DNA of 64,000 nucleotides from Marsupella aquatica (taxonomy: Eukaryota > Plantae > Marchantiophyta). Location: contig OZ316898.1 of NCBI GenBank assembly GCA_973895155.1, positions 7,179,079-7,243,078 of the forward strand, read 5' to 3'. The stretch's first letter is position 1, and each line of letters opens with the position of its first letter. Under the pieces are notes generated by a model. That model was not told the origin of the DNA. It was given only the letters and a program-made list of their open reading frames with translations, and made no database searches. Below are positions 27,281 to 39,806 of the stretch, one piece after another. The position numbers and the translations under genes are program-made.

Positions 27281-28674
27281 TCAACCTGTTGATCTTGGTA
27301 AGTCTGTGGAGAACTCTACTGCTACTGGCTCTGGAGTGTCTTCCAGATTCCCACTAAGGATTTTTCCGCTCGTTCCCCTCAATGTAACCTTCGGTACTGG
27401 ATGATGTGGTGGATGATCCAACCCCGGTGCCTCTTCCCTGCCTTCTCCTTCGGGATATCTCACCACTACCACAGGGCAGACACAGTGATGAACACAGTAG
27501 TCACTCACACTCCCGAGGCGAGCCTTACGGGATCGTTTTGTCGCCCCAAATCCACGACTTCCCATAATCACTGCATCATCATACAATGAAATTATTCGAG
27601 GGAATGCAAGCTTTAAATTTGATGGGGGGAGGAGGACTGGGAGGTCACTTGCAACACTAGCTTACGACAAGTATATCTTTTTATTCCAAGCATACAACTG
27701 CAGAAACCAACATTCAGAAATTCGTATAATTCATAGCGATTGCGCCCTAGGTCTCCTCCTCAGCAAAGCATCACTTTGTGCACCCCGCATTCATTTGGCA
27801 TGAAACCCGTTACATCAACTGCTCCCATGTAGTGTCTACTTGTACGCTAGCACTGCAAACGTGAATCCGCGAAGTTGGAAATTCACAGAGAGCGAATACT
27901 CTTGTCAAGAGCATGCTTACCAGCATTGACTCCCAGGCGCTCTATCTCGAGACAAATCCTCTCCTTCAAATCATGATCTTTCACAATGTGGATCTTATAG
28001 GGCATCTTTGCGTCTGATAGAGGTTTAGCTAGGTCGGCACTCTTCGACTCTGTGAACGCATCGAAGTCCTCTTCCATCTTCTTCTGTGCATCTTTGTCAG
28101 CTTCAAGAATCTGGTCCGAAGCTCCCCAATCTGCTCCATAGAGGACACTGGTAGGCCGCACATGTACAATGATAACCTAAAACGCCAAGCAGGTACGTTA
28201 CAAAACTGTCACAGATTGGCATTGGTGGGCTCGAGCATTTGTTTTATCATGGGACAGATTTAAGCCATAGAAGGCTAAAAGAATGGACCATTCATAACTA
28301 TAAAATCCCTACAATGTGAAGAAAATACCATATTAAAAATGCACTCAAACTTCTAAGCGATTGGACAGTCCAATTAACTAACTTTAAGTCATAATTACAC
28401 TAGAATCATAGGCCAGATGTAGAAATATGCATCAAGAGACAAGTCATTATCTCATCAAAAGACCGGAAAGAACTACTATGTTTTGTCATTGCAGAGGCAG
28501 AACTCCAACCCACAGATGTACAGTGCACTGGATGACAGGACCAAAATGACCTACTTGGTCTCCTGGACGCAGATAATCTGCGACAGCCCACTTCACTGCG
28601 TATGCACTCTCATCACTCAAATCCACAGCAATAGCGATCTTACGATCCCCAGACTGCAACGAAGACAGCGGCAT
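27281..28674 (-). CDS. Universal stress protein A-like (PHOS32/PHOS34-type); 3 coding exons
   Basis: Exons 28674-28555, 28176-27921, 27570-27281. Motifs: RKIAIAVDLSDESAYAVKWAV, HVRPTSVLYGADWG, KIHIVKDHDLKERICLEIERLG, VIMGSRGFGA..RLGSVSDYCVHHCVCPVVVVRYP. The exact 3' end is less certain. Confidence 0.92.
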
Positions 28675-30614
28675 TGCTGACCTGCAAGCAAGACGAGTTG
28701 TGTGTTTGAACTTAGAAGGAAGCTTTGGCACTTGCGTCTAATTCTAAACGCCACAGTCAGCCACGACCAAGTACGGCGAGGAAAGAGCAGAGAGCTTTCA
28801 GATGTATGTCGACAAATCTAAAAAGAAAGACCACGAAATGACATTCGTCAGTGATCATCCTTCAAGCTAAAACTATCCTTGGCTCAGACAGGTCCCAAAG
28901 ATCTGCCTAATATGTCAATATACTCCAATACGAATCTTTCACCCATTCTATATAGAGACCAAACCCTTGTTCCGCAGGACAAAGAAAAATCAATTCCACC
29001 CCACCTATCAAATGGCTCTACACCGGCGGCCGGAAATAAATGATCGCTAAAAAGCTCATGCAATGTCAGTACGATCTTGCTTACTTTCTGGTTCTACTCG
29101 TCTGTTTAATGTCAATTATGTCATTTTATTACGATCATTGATATTGCTCGAATTATGTGGGTTTCTAAGTGTGGAAGGGTTGTTTAATCAGCAATGAGAG
29201 GCTAAGAGAGACAACTCAAATAGTGAAAGAAATTTACCCAATTCAAAATGGGCAGGAATGGTCATCCTCAGACTCACATTACATTAGTGCCCAAAGACCT
29301 CTCAACACCGACTAAGAAACACAAGCTCCAAGGAAAGCAAACTCAGCACATCCTCACAACCACCACCCTTTCCTCGAACATCCTAACTCCCAATTCACAC
29401 GAGCAGAAACCTACAGTACCCAACTACGACAGCTGCAAGCCCTCAATCCCTCGGCAAGAACCGCAGAACCCAACAATGAGAACACGCTTGCAGGACATTG
29501 GGTAAGAATATTGACGGTGAGACTTCCACGTAAAATACAATTTTCAACGTCATAATCTGCAGGGAAAGATGTCGTCCATCGCATTCAGGGGAGAGGGTGA
29601 GGTTGCGAAGGGGAACGAGAGAGAAATAGACAAGAGCGAGATTCCCAGTCCTACGTTAGAGAATAGTGGAACCCACACAGTACCCAGCTGCAAACCCAAC
29701 CCAACCCAACCAAACACACGCATCCAACTAGAGTAGTGAGTAGTCCCATTCACAGCACTTCACTCTTCTCCAAACCCAATCAGTTACCTCCCAGTCGATC
29801 CCACCAGTTGTTCCTCTCTTCTTCCGCGCGCACCAGCGACGGCCGTATGTGCCCACCTTCTCTTCCACTCTCTCGCTGTCTCTTGTCTACAGACCCTCAC
29901 CCTCCCAAGACCTCGGATCGTCTCGACAATGCTTAGATCTCCAACCCCCACTAGAATCCCAGCAGCCACAAGGTTTACTTCCGCAGAAAGATAAAGAAAA
30001 CCTCTTGATGTTGCTCGCTCGGCAACAATGTTCACGAACTTTTCCTCTACTGAACACTCCTCCCTTCCTCTCGCCTCCCCACCTCCTACCCCACTCCTAC
30101 CTGTCGGTCGAGACCTGCTCTCCTGCTGCTGCTGGCCGGATTGAATTCACAACGGCACGGCAAAGAGATCCAGGGGCAAAGATCTGCTAATCCCTCCGCC
30201 TGGAATCCAACACAATCACTCACCCACTCAATCTCCCTAGTCAATCAGTCAGTCAGTCAGCACGCAAGCAACTAGACTTGCAAAGCCGCCAAGTAGCAAG
30301 CAACGTGAGCAAGCAAGCGATGCGATCGATGCAATCTTGCAAAGGTAGACAAGTCACTCAGTCAAGCTGACTTGACATGATCAAAACGAAAGCAAAAGCA
30401 AAATCAAACACGAGTAGGAGCAGACCGATGAGCAGAGCGTGAGCAGCACAATCACCCAAGTAAGCACCCGTCAGCAACAACTCTATAGTTATCGACACAC
30501 GGTAGCGAACGAACGATGTGGCAGATCGATGGATGGAAGGTCGTGTTGGAAGTATGGCTGCATTCACATAAAATGAATTGGAAACCCGGAGAAACCGGAG
30601 AAGAATCCCAAGAA

Positions 30615-31175
30615 AGCCGGTGACAATTTCACAGTAGCCGTCTTTTCTCGAACCCTCTAGAGATTGGCATTACCTACTCTTCAGCACACCACAGTACAGT
30701 AGTAGAGTAGACAAGCCGGTGACAATTCAATTCCACAATGCCGTCTTTTCTCGAATCCTGTAGAGATTAGCATTACCTACTGTTTAGCACACTACATTAC
30801 ATTAGGGAGTCTCAAATAAGTCAATTTTTCAGCTTTGACAGGGCCCGGGACTCTTGTGGGTTGGGGCAACAGTCATGACTGGTCTGGCAACCAATGTGAG
30901 GCCCGAGTAGTGAGCCATCCATATAGTGAGACCCTAGAGGAACCATAAGATGCTCCAAATTTTGTTGGATATGGTGTGCAGCGATGCCACTCATATTTGA
31001 CACAATCGCATATAGTGTGCTGCAACCCCCCTCTTATTTCAGTACCTGGGAAAATATATTATTGTCTGGTTGTACCCTGTTGCAGTGAGCCTGAGTGCCT
31101 TGGGGTATGCTTGTGAGGTGCCATTTTTTTATATATGAGACTCCCTACTAGAGTAGACAAGCCCATGACAATTCA
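30615..31175 (+). repeat. ~100-bp tandem duplication (AGCCGGTGACAATT..GAGTAGACA); second copy interrupted by the MITE
   Basis: Copy 1 ~30615-30713; copy 2 ~30714-30804 plus 31148-31159; partial third start AGCCCATGACAATTCAA at ~31160. Confidence 0.8.
30805..31145. mobile_element. 341-bp MITE with GGGAGTCTCA terminal inverted repeats and TA target-site duplication
   Basis: Left end GGGAGTCTCAAATA; right-end reverse complement GGGAGTCTCATATA. TA lies on both sides. Removing the element restores colinearity with the adjacent upstream duplicate. Confidence 0.8.
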
Positions 31176-32205
31176 ATGGTCTAGAGACTTCACTATGGTC
31201 TAGAGACTTCACTCCAGACAATAGGCCTAGAAAATAGCTTTCAATGGGCTTTATTACTTAGATTTCACATGATTTGGAAACCTCTAGAAGCCTCAGAGTT
31301 TTATGTTTTACTAGCCCTATTATCTGTTCCTTGAACTTAAAGAGCCACTAGCCATGACAAAAACATAATTCCATAGATTTCACCATTTCTAGTAGTTTTT
31401 TCCTGAAATTGAGGAGCAAAACCTCATGGTAGAGGAGAGGAATGGGGAAAGGGAGAAGTTTTGGACACTCCTCCTTTTATAATTCCAGTGGTGGTTTAAA
31501 CACACATGTGGATGGAAAAAAACCTTGCCCAGAAAAAATACATGCTGTTTCCTTTCATCTTTGCCCCCATTATCTGTTTTTTGTCTACACCTTTCCTATC
31601 AAGACATTGAGAATATACTTTGATTGTGCCTCAACTTGCCCATCTTTTCTCCAACCGTACCCTATTGATTTTCCCCCTTTTTTAAATTGTTTTGGGAAAC
31701 GGTACCTTATTGTTGTAGCCTCTGACGGATTGTGAACCAAAAAAACTCTATGGTTCATGCAAAATGTTAATTCCATGAATGCCTTTGTGGACTTCCCCTG
31801 CCTTAAACCACTTGTGGAGGTACAATGAAACATTTTGGAGATCGGGATTATAGGCTATTTTTTTTAATAAATCACTGGAAGCTTCTACTTTTCGAGACAA
31901 GGGGCTGATGGCAGCCTGTAGCGCAGATACTGTTAGAGGTGGCATTTGGCTATGTGGTTGCACTCTCTTATATAGGATAAAGATGGTCTGGGCACAAGGT
32001 TACACAGGTAACACTTTGGTTCGATACAAAATTAAGTGGACCATAAATCCCTATCATGAATGCATTGTCCCTCCCCTCACCCAAAAATAAAACAGAAAAC
32101 AAATACTCACCTTGAAACTTTCTCTGTTTTTCCTTGTCTGATAATCTCAATATATATCACCTATCCAATAGTTTGCTAGTCTTGTTTGCTAGTCTTGTAA
32201 CAAAT

Positions 32206-33047
32206 TTAGTGAAGTTGGTAGTAGTTCACATATCTGTCAAATCCAATGACAACAGCTCCAACCTGCGATGAAGAACAATTGGAGAGGACTAGTTTTCTCA
32301 GTCGACTCAAACACACAAGACTCATACACCTCAATTCACTGTCTTTACTATGAGCTACGCACAAAATCACTTCTATCGATGAAGAACAGCAAGAGGTTAG
32401 TGCTAAGGCACAAAGAAAGCAGGACATTACATTATGATCATGCTTCATTACCTGGCGCCAAATCTATGTCCTTATCACCATCCTGCTAGTTTGGTAGAAA
32501 CCAAGGAAAATGGTGTCCGTCAGTCAGGCATTCGAGAGCTCCCATTGAAGACAGGAGAAACTCTCTGTACGGAGGTCACATTACAAATAACAAATAAGCA
32601 TGCCTGGATAAAATACCTTCGTCGGTAAACAAACACAAATCCTTCTCAAGCCCCAGAAATATCTGATAGCACGTACTGACATGGGCTACACACAAAACTA
32701 GACTTCAAATTTTTATTCCAGAGGTGCAGGAGAAAGCCATTGCATGGTCCCCGAGGTATTGAATGCCTGCTTGCTGAAGATCTAATTTAATTCCAACTTC
32801 ACCGATAATATACACCTTGTTGGTCATTAGTCACAACTCTCAACAAGTATCTTTGCAAACTTGGATCATCCCAAATTTTAGCAATCAATCTGACCAAGAA
32901 GATTTTTGTAAAAAGGAACTCAGCTCCGGTAACCAATGTGCTAGAAAAGCATGGAGATCTGAGAGCTAGGGCACAAAACTTCTTGTCAGTTGGGAAGTTG
33001 ATTGACGATTAATAGCCAGCCGCAGCAAAGGAAGATAATGTGTCTTG
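32206..33047 (-). pseudogene. PGLP: Unprocessed phosphoglycolate phosphatase (PGLP, HAD class IIA) pseudogene fragment; 4 exon remnants
   Basis: 33047-32979 QDTLSSFAAAGY*SSINFPTDKK with in-frame TAA at 33011-33009; 32815-~32745 VYIIGEVGIKLDLQQAGIQYLG; 32495-32431 QDGDKDIDLAPG/frameshift/MKHDHN; 32262-32209 VGAVVIGFDRYVNYYQLH. Splice acceptors are retained; two donors appear mutated. Confidence 0.85.
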
Positions 33048-34626
33048 CTGCATTGCGGAGAATGATCTAGAATTCCAGTCAAATCTCATTTTACAGAATG
33101 AGATATAGTGAGCTTGGACTTGATTTTTGTCTTCTTCGACCAAACGCATGATCACCCTATTCTTGAAATTCTGGCCCAAGGCTATCCTATTTCACCAGAG
33201 ACGCAGATATAACTTTAATCACGCCTCTTTTTCCTTTCAAAAAATCAATCACAATGGAAGTGCACTGCAGAAAATGAGTGAAATATATTGCCTGGCTAAC
33301 GTTCAACCCGAGGTACTCGAATTTCTTTCCATCTTGATTTCCTTACCTAGGATTCGGATTTCCTTCCTCTCCTCTGGGCTAGAGACTAGCTCTGAGTCGT
33401 GTCCGATGGCACGGAACATATAGACGAATTGGAAATTTTGGGACAATATAGATGTTCAATTGATCCATCATTTCATGCCAACTCGGGAGCGCTCAGCATT
33501 CGAATAATCTTCTTGAAAACTCAAAACAGACTGCATCATGCTTCCACGATGAAGCCAGCCTGCCCGAAATCGCCATCCACGACAGGAGAGGCGAGAACGG
33601 ACTCAAGGTTGGAACAAAAACGAACCTCCAAATCATCGTGCAGTTGTCAGAATACCAATCTGAAAATGGAGAGGACCATGTTTTCCGTTCGGCTTTGGCT
33701 TAGAAGTGCCAAAGCTCGACAATGCGTGCAGCGAGGAAGGTCGACTGGAACATCGTAGAGCACAAACCATGTCAATCCTCTGAATCTGGCCTCTGTGAAA
33801 TCCAAGGAGTGTGATTCCTTTTGACAACATGAGACTAGCTTCAATTTCAGCTGAGACATCAATTCAAGTTAACAACCATTAAAGCTTCTTAAAGTCATTT
33901 GAAACTAAGCTCTTTGGTCAACTATGAAATCGAAAATGAGCTGACCGTTTCACCTACGATTTCACTTCGGTACATACAGTAGTAGAAACTGGGCGACAAC
34001 AGAGAATCCCAACAATCCCGCATCTAAAATTTGATTTCGATGAAATTGCAAAACATTCCCACAACGTCTCATCTACAGCACACCAGCCTCTCAGAGACAT
34101 AATCCACTGTAAGTTTCAACCGGGTCAGTACGACTCTCGACGAAGAACAGAATGTTTCTTCTCCATCGCTGCTAAAAAGGATTTTATATTACATGGTTTT
34201 GTCTTTAACCCTTGTGGTATCCCACGCTTGTTGTCGTCTTCACCACTTCTGTTATCAGGGGCCGAAATGCCCAAAATGCCCCAATCTGGCAATCTCCATA
34301 GAAAAAGCACTGCACAGTACTGTACTGCAATAACTTCCCCTGAGGTAACCCCGGTTCAACCAAAGTTTATTCTTAACCGTTACCGGCGTATCCACAAGAG
34401 ACCCTTTTTAGTGGAGCAGGGCCAATCGCGTGGAGGATGTGAGGGAGTGAGGCCCATGCAAAGCGATTTCTGGGCTAGGTGGGGAGGCCCACAGAAACTC
34501 GGCGCAGGACTGGGAAAGGCAGGTGGAGGAAACGAGACGGGAGGGAGGAGATAGAGAGGAGGGAAGAAGATAGTGAGGAACAGCGGGAAGGAGAGAAACA
34601 GACTGAAGGTTCACAAGAGAGAGGAC

Positions 34627-37600
34627 ATGGCCGCTGCTGTGCCTACTGGCCGAGGAATGGAGGCAGCATTCGTGCTTTCTTCGTGCTCGGATGGCGCAGC
34701 AGCTGCCATAGCCAGCAGAGCAAATGCTTGTAAGCAATTCGTGGGGCTCCACTCCAGCTCCTCCTCGTCCTCCTGTTGTTCTTCGTCTTGCTTCTCCTCC
34801 TCTGGTTGCATTTCCCAGCAGACCAATCATGGGCCGTGCAGTCGTCTCCAAGTCTCTCACAGCAAGCTGGGCGCTTCCTCAGTGATTAGAGCCCGGAAGA
34901 GAAATGGGAGATCCGCATCACGTAGAGCTCCAGAGACTGCCTCGAAGGGGGGCAAAACCCGAGAAAATAGTGGGGGAGGATCTGTAGCTCTCAGAGATCC
35001 AGAATCTGCTTCTGTTCCTGCTGCAGCTTCCTCTTCTGTCAACCGCAATCTCAGCGGGGCATTGGTAGCTCTCAGAGCTCCAGAAATTTCCAGTGCTGCT
35101 GCATCCTCTGTCAACTCCGACCTCATCGGGGGACTCATAGCCCTGAGAACCTTAGAAACCACCACAGTTCCCGCAGTTTCTACTTCTGCCGACCTCAATC
35201 CTGTTGATGTTGCTACTTCCATTGCTGCTGGAGAAGTGAGGCCTACACCAGCAGAGGTATCAGAGGAAGCCATTGAAAATATTTTTACAAGTGGGGCGCT
35301 GTCGGCAACTTTATCCAGTCTCATTCGTGTGCAGGTACGTGCTTGCCAAAACTTGCTCACTAGCCTTAGCTTCTGTGGCTGTTTGTGTGAAAGGAACGAT
35401 TGTAGCTGAAGATTGCATTTTGGATGTCTCGTATCATTCAATTACCACATAGCAGCATTGAAACACTTCAGGTGATGTCATTGGTGGCGGAGCTCAAGTT
35501 GAAAATCAGGCGTGCAATCACATAGGATTGTTATATACATCTCTACTTCGTCCACCTGGGAGGTCATTCACCGACAATGAAAACCACCTTCTTGCTCACC
35601 AATATGCTACCTTTCTGATGATGAATGACAACTAGGAAGCAAAATTGTTCGGACCCGGAATCTTCAAAGCATCCAAGCTCCGAGTACTCCTTCTGGGAAA
35701 ACATGAGGATGAGCGACCTCTCCAGCATCCACGCATATACACGCTGACCCACAGTGATCTCACTGCCATGATCACCTTGGCCGTTGCTCGAGAGATTAAC
35801 AAGGCACAGGTTGGTTGCTTCCTTTGACTATCACTCACAACCATCAATTGCAATTACAATATAAGCCGATGGAAATGTCACTCATTGAAGAAAACTCCAG
35901 CTGTTGAATTTGTCGTCGTGCCAAAAATATATAAATTGATTCCACATACCCAGTTGCTAAATCGGGTGTTTTCCATAAATCACCTCGAGGTTGCACTTTG
36001 GGCGCGGCGCTTTATCAGCTCTAAAAGTCTTTATGTTTTCAAGAGTTGTCTCATGACTTCAGTGGTAATATATTTCCCAATCTTCTTATGCAGCCACGGC
36101 AGATGTCAACTTCATGTTTCGAGCATCAGTACGATTATCACTGCACGAAAGAAATATTGGAATTACCCTAGAAGCTCATTTTTCCTAGCTGTTACTGGTA
36201 GTCAAACTGCATAATTATGTTCTTGAAGTGGACGACTACCAAATTCCTGGATTCTAACACCATGGCGCATGATTTGCATGGTAAGCAGGTGATGGGGTGG
36301 TATAGCAAACTACAGCGAGATGAAGTGGTAGCTGAATGGCGGAGAACTCAGGGAGAAATGTCCCTTCACGTGCACTGTCATATAAGTGGAACCAATTTTC
36401 TGCACAGGCTCATTGCCAAACTCCGCTTCTATATCTTCCAAAAGGAACTGCCCCTGGTAAGTCCTCTCTCTGACGTAAAAAGAGAAATTCTTCTGTAATT
36501 ATCAAGTGGCCTGCAAACTTGAACTCGAGTAAGGGTAACTGAAATCCTTGATCAGTCGACTTGCTTGCAATTGGCTCGTATGGCAGGCAAGCTCAGTGAA
36601 ATCTGGGACTTCCATATGACGATGACAACCTGAGCAAAGCATATATTATATGGAAATTGAGTGAAAGAAAATTCCGTGTTTCATCCATAAATTGGCAAAA
36701 GCTGAGCAATGCCCGTACTACTTGGAAAATTGAGTGAAAGATTTGGCCCGTGTTGGATCCAAACATTGGAAGAATTATTCACTTGCGGACCTGTAACGGC
36801 TTTCAGGTACTTGAAGCTTTCATGCAAGGGGACAGCGCCTTGTTCAAGCAGCACCCAGAGCTATTGAATGCACCAGTATGGGTGTATTTTCATTCAAACG
36901 TCGAAGATTATAACCGAGTGGAATGTTGGGGGCCTCTAGTTAATGCAATAAAGGTATACACATTGAGCTCGGTGCTAGTGCCTTCAGGATCTATGCACTG
37001 ACCGTTTTGTTGTCTTTCAGTTGCACCGGAGGTAGTTTCTCCCTGCTATTTGTTGGTGTTACTATCACAGCTGTCTAGCGTCTCAATGCAATTCATTGAT
37101 TCCTTTGATGAATCATTCCGTATTATCATACGTTCATTTTCTCATTCTTCTGCTACGCCAGTAGATACCTATACGGACTCCAACGAATTGGTCAGCAATG
37201 ACTTTTCACCCCAAGAATGCTAGAAACTGATGGCATAGGGAATTCTTGTTTAGCATTCTAATAGGAACGGTATTTCTGCCAGGCACAGTATACCAGAGTA
37301 GTTAAAATCCGTTTCATTCATTCATTAGTTGCATTGGATGGCACAACTTGCGGACTCTCATTGAGTATTATAAGTTTACTCCTCCTTGGGCAGTGTCTAA
37401 TCGGAGCTTCCTGTTACAGAATGGAGTGCAGATTCAGCAGTGGGGACCAACTGAGAGCCGGTTGATGGTCGGAGGCGAGACAGAGCAGCAGTTTTCAGGT
37501 GCTGCGGTATGTCTAGTCCCATGCGAATGCTGTTCACGTCATGAAACTGTGATTCCCATTCCAGAATCACTCAACCGACACTTGCAGCAAACTCAATTAC

Positions 37601-37668
37601 AACAGCAAAGCAAAAGGAAAGGTGCTTCACAATCCTCATCATTTAGATACCTCTCCGGACCTACATGA
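34627..37668 (+). CDS. SGR: STAY-GREEN magnesium dechelatase, copy A; 5 exons, long N-terminus
   Basis: Exons 34627-35334, 35636-35809, 36289-36456, 36807-36953, 37420-37668. Motifs: LFGPGIFKASKL, PRIYTLTHSD, RDEVVAEW, LHVHCHISG, VWVYFHSN..VECWGPL, and C-terminal Cys-rich CLVPCECC. Confidence 0.93.
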
Positions 37669-38563
37669 CGAATTCAAGTAGGATACATTGGGAATTCTCC
37701 AGCTCCAAGAGCTATCCCTTCCCCCCATTAACCTTGTCTCAGTGCTCTATCCAGCATTGGAAGGCACATGTACAAACTTGCCAATTGGCTGTGAAATTCT
37801 TGGTAAACGTGTACAATTTGTGTATACTGACTGATCATACATGTGGAGTGAGCAGACAAGCTAGTCTCTTGCCTCTTAGTTGCCAAGTCTGCTGCCCATC
37901 CACATTCTGCATTACCGCAGGATAATAGGAACCTCTCCCATCCCGAGAGTTTGATAGAACAAAATGTGAAAATGTACTATTTTTTTGAAAATTAGATCGA
38001 AGTCCAGTTTGTAGGTTGAAAATTCGTTTGCAAATCATTGCAACTTCCAAAACGGCAAATGCAAGCTTGCAAATGTGTTGCAGAATACCCAAGGAGTTCA
38101 GGGGGCTACTTTATTCATGGGTGTCTCAATGGATCGAGGACTGTCCTAGGAGTCAGAGATGCTCACCTGATGGTCGTCCCTGTTCTTTCATGTAAGAGAG
38201 AGATTGACCCTGGTGGAACTCTGTGCATGTCAATAGCCGTCTACAGAAATCCAGTTCTGTATTGGAGAACTTTGAATTGTCTTGCTGGAGCTGCATCGTC
38301 CACTGTCCGGTGGTATTTTGCATTTACATATGGGCACTCAGCGTGGGGCTTAAGAATAAAACACTGCCATGGAGTCAGTCCAGGGTTTAGTCTCCGCCTG
38401 GGCTAGGTAGTTCTGTGGATTTATTCAAGTTTTCCCAAACCGGAAGTTGTGTACAAAATCAATGCAATACGCCCATCACTCATGTCACATTTGCTGGATT
38501 CAGTTGCATCCTTGATAGTACATGTTTTACACCCATTAGTTTTAGAAGAATCTGGAAGCCATT

Positions 38564-39128
38564 AGAGTTTTCCGTAAAAGCAGCCCATGAAAAGACGGGC
38601 CACTCACCCTGTAATTCTAAAAGGCTAGTTACCGTGAAAGTAGAGCATGAACAAACTTTTTTGTCAAAACTCAAGGTGAAGTCCTACAGCTAATGATTTC
38701 TAGGGCAAGTCTCGACTCTTGTGAGCATTTCTGACATTGTAAGCATGGTCCAGGCTGATGCTCTGTTGCACTCTTGCTTTGCTTTATGGTGGTTCACTAC
38801 TGTAGCTCTTTCAAATATTCTTCGTGTTATTCTTCTTGTTGCTCTGTCAAATGTAAGATCTAATTGATGCTGCATGCTCGCTGCGCCTGCTTCACTGCTT
38901 GCTGCTGCTAGTTCCGCCCCTGCTCGCTGCTGCTAGTTGCTGCCCACATGAAGATTACAGGGTGACTTAGGCGTTGCCACCCCCGAAGATCACTTTCCCA
39001 TTTTCGCCCTGGATTTTACTCTGGTGTATTTGAGTACCGCTGCCAAACGCTAACTCACCCTGTGTAAATCATAAACCTGCTTTTCACCCTGTGAACTCAC
39101 CCGTAAGTGTGCTTTTACGGAAAACTCT
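38564..39128. mobile_element. ~565-bp non-autonomous TIR element (MITE) with perfect 19-20-bp terminal inverted repeats
   Basis: TAGAGTTTTCCGTAAAAGCA at 38563-38582 is the exact reverse complement of 39110-39129. Flanks give an ATT/ATT (or TA/TA) duplication. TCACCCTGT motifs recur near both ends. Confidence 0.85.
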
Positions 39129-39668
39129 ATTGTTAATGAGATAATTGTATGCTTCTCAACGTGAGAGACAAAGAGTAGCCTACTCTAAACCAGGAGCAAC
39201 ATCATCATGCACTTTCAGGTTCTTGAAAAGTTATTGCTGGTTCTCAATCCATTATTCTCTCAGGGCCCAAATGATGCCCAAGCGATGTAGCTAACATCCG
39301 CCAAAACCCAAATTCCTCTAGCAGGCCCTCACTACTGGTGTCGGCCAATTCCCTCTGAGAAGGACCTTTGGAATTCTCTAAGTCACGTGTATAAATGGCC
39401 ATCTAAAGGACACTAGGAATTATGCAAGTTAGGTGTCAGTTGGGGGAGGGAGGGGGGCACTGCTGGCTTTACAAGAATGGTCATTTCCAAGATATTTACG
39501 TTTGGATTTCATTACAACTTTCATATCAACTTATCGTCCAGTTAGCTTTACATGAAATTGAGAGGTCACTTGTACAAGAAATCTCATTTTGCTTTAAAAT
39601 TTTGATCACAACTCTTCAATCAACTGCCGGCCCAATTGTTTTGCATGAAATTGAGAGGTCACTTGTAC

Positions 39669-39806
39669 AAGAAATACTCTCACTCCTACATGGACTTGGA
39701 GTGGATCCAGCAAAATGCTTACTTGGATATTGTAGTTAAGAAATACTCTCAATCCTACATGGACTTGGAGTGGATCCAGCAAAATGCTTACTTGGATATT
39801 GTAGTT
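39669..39806 (+). repeat. Near-perfect 69-bp tandem duplication, plus a 32-bp direct repeat at 39551/39644
   Basis: AAGAAATACTCTCA.TCCTACATGGACTTGGAGTGGATCCAGCAAAATGCTTACTTGGATATTGTAGTT twice; CATGAAATTGAGAGGTCACTTGTACAAGAAAT twice. Confidence 0.9.

Noticed and set aside
27422-27442. Partial complementarity of the USP mRNA to miR408 (13-nt TGCCTCTTCCCTG match)
   Set aside because: Four mismatches plus a G:U fall in miRNA positions 1-6, which is incompatible with plant target rules.
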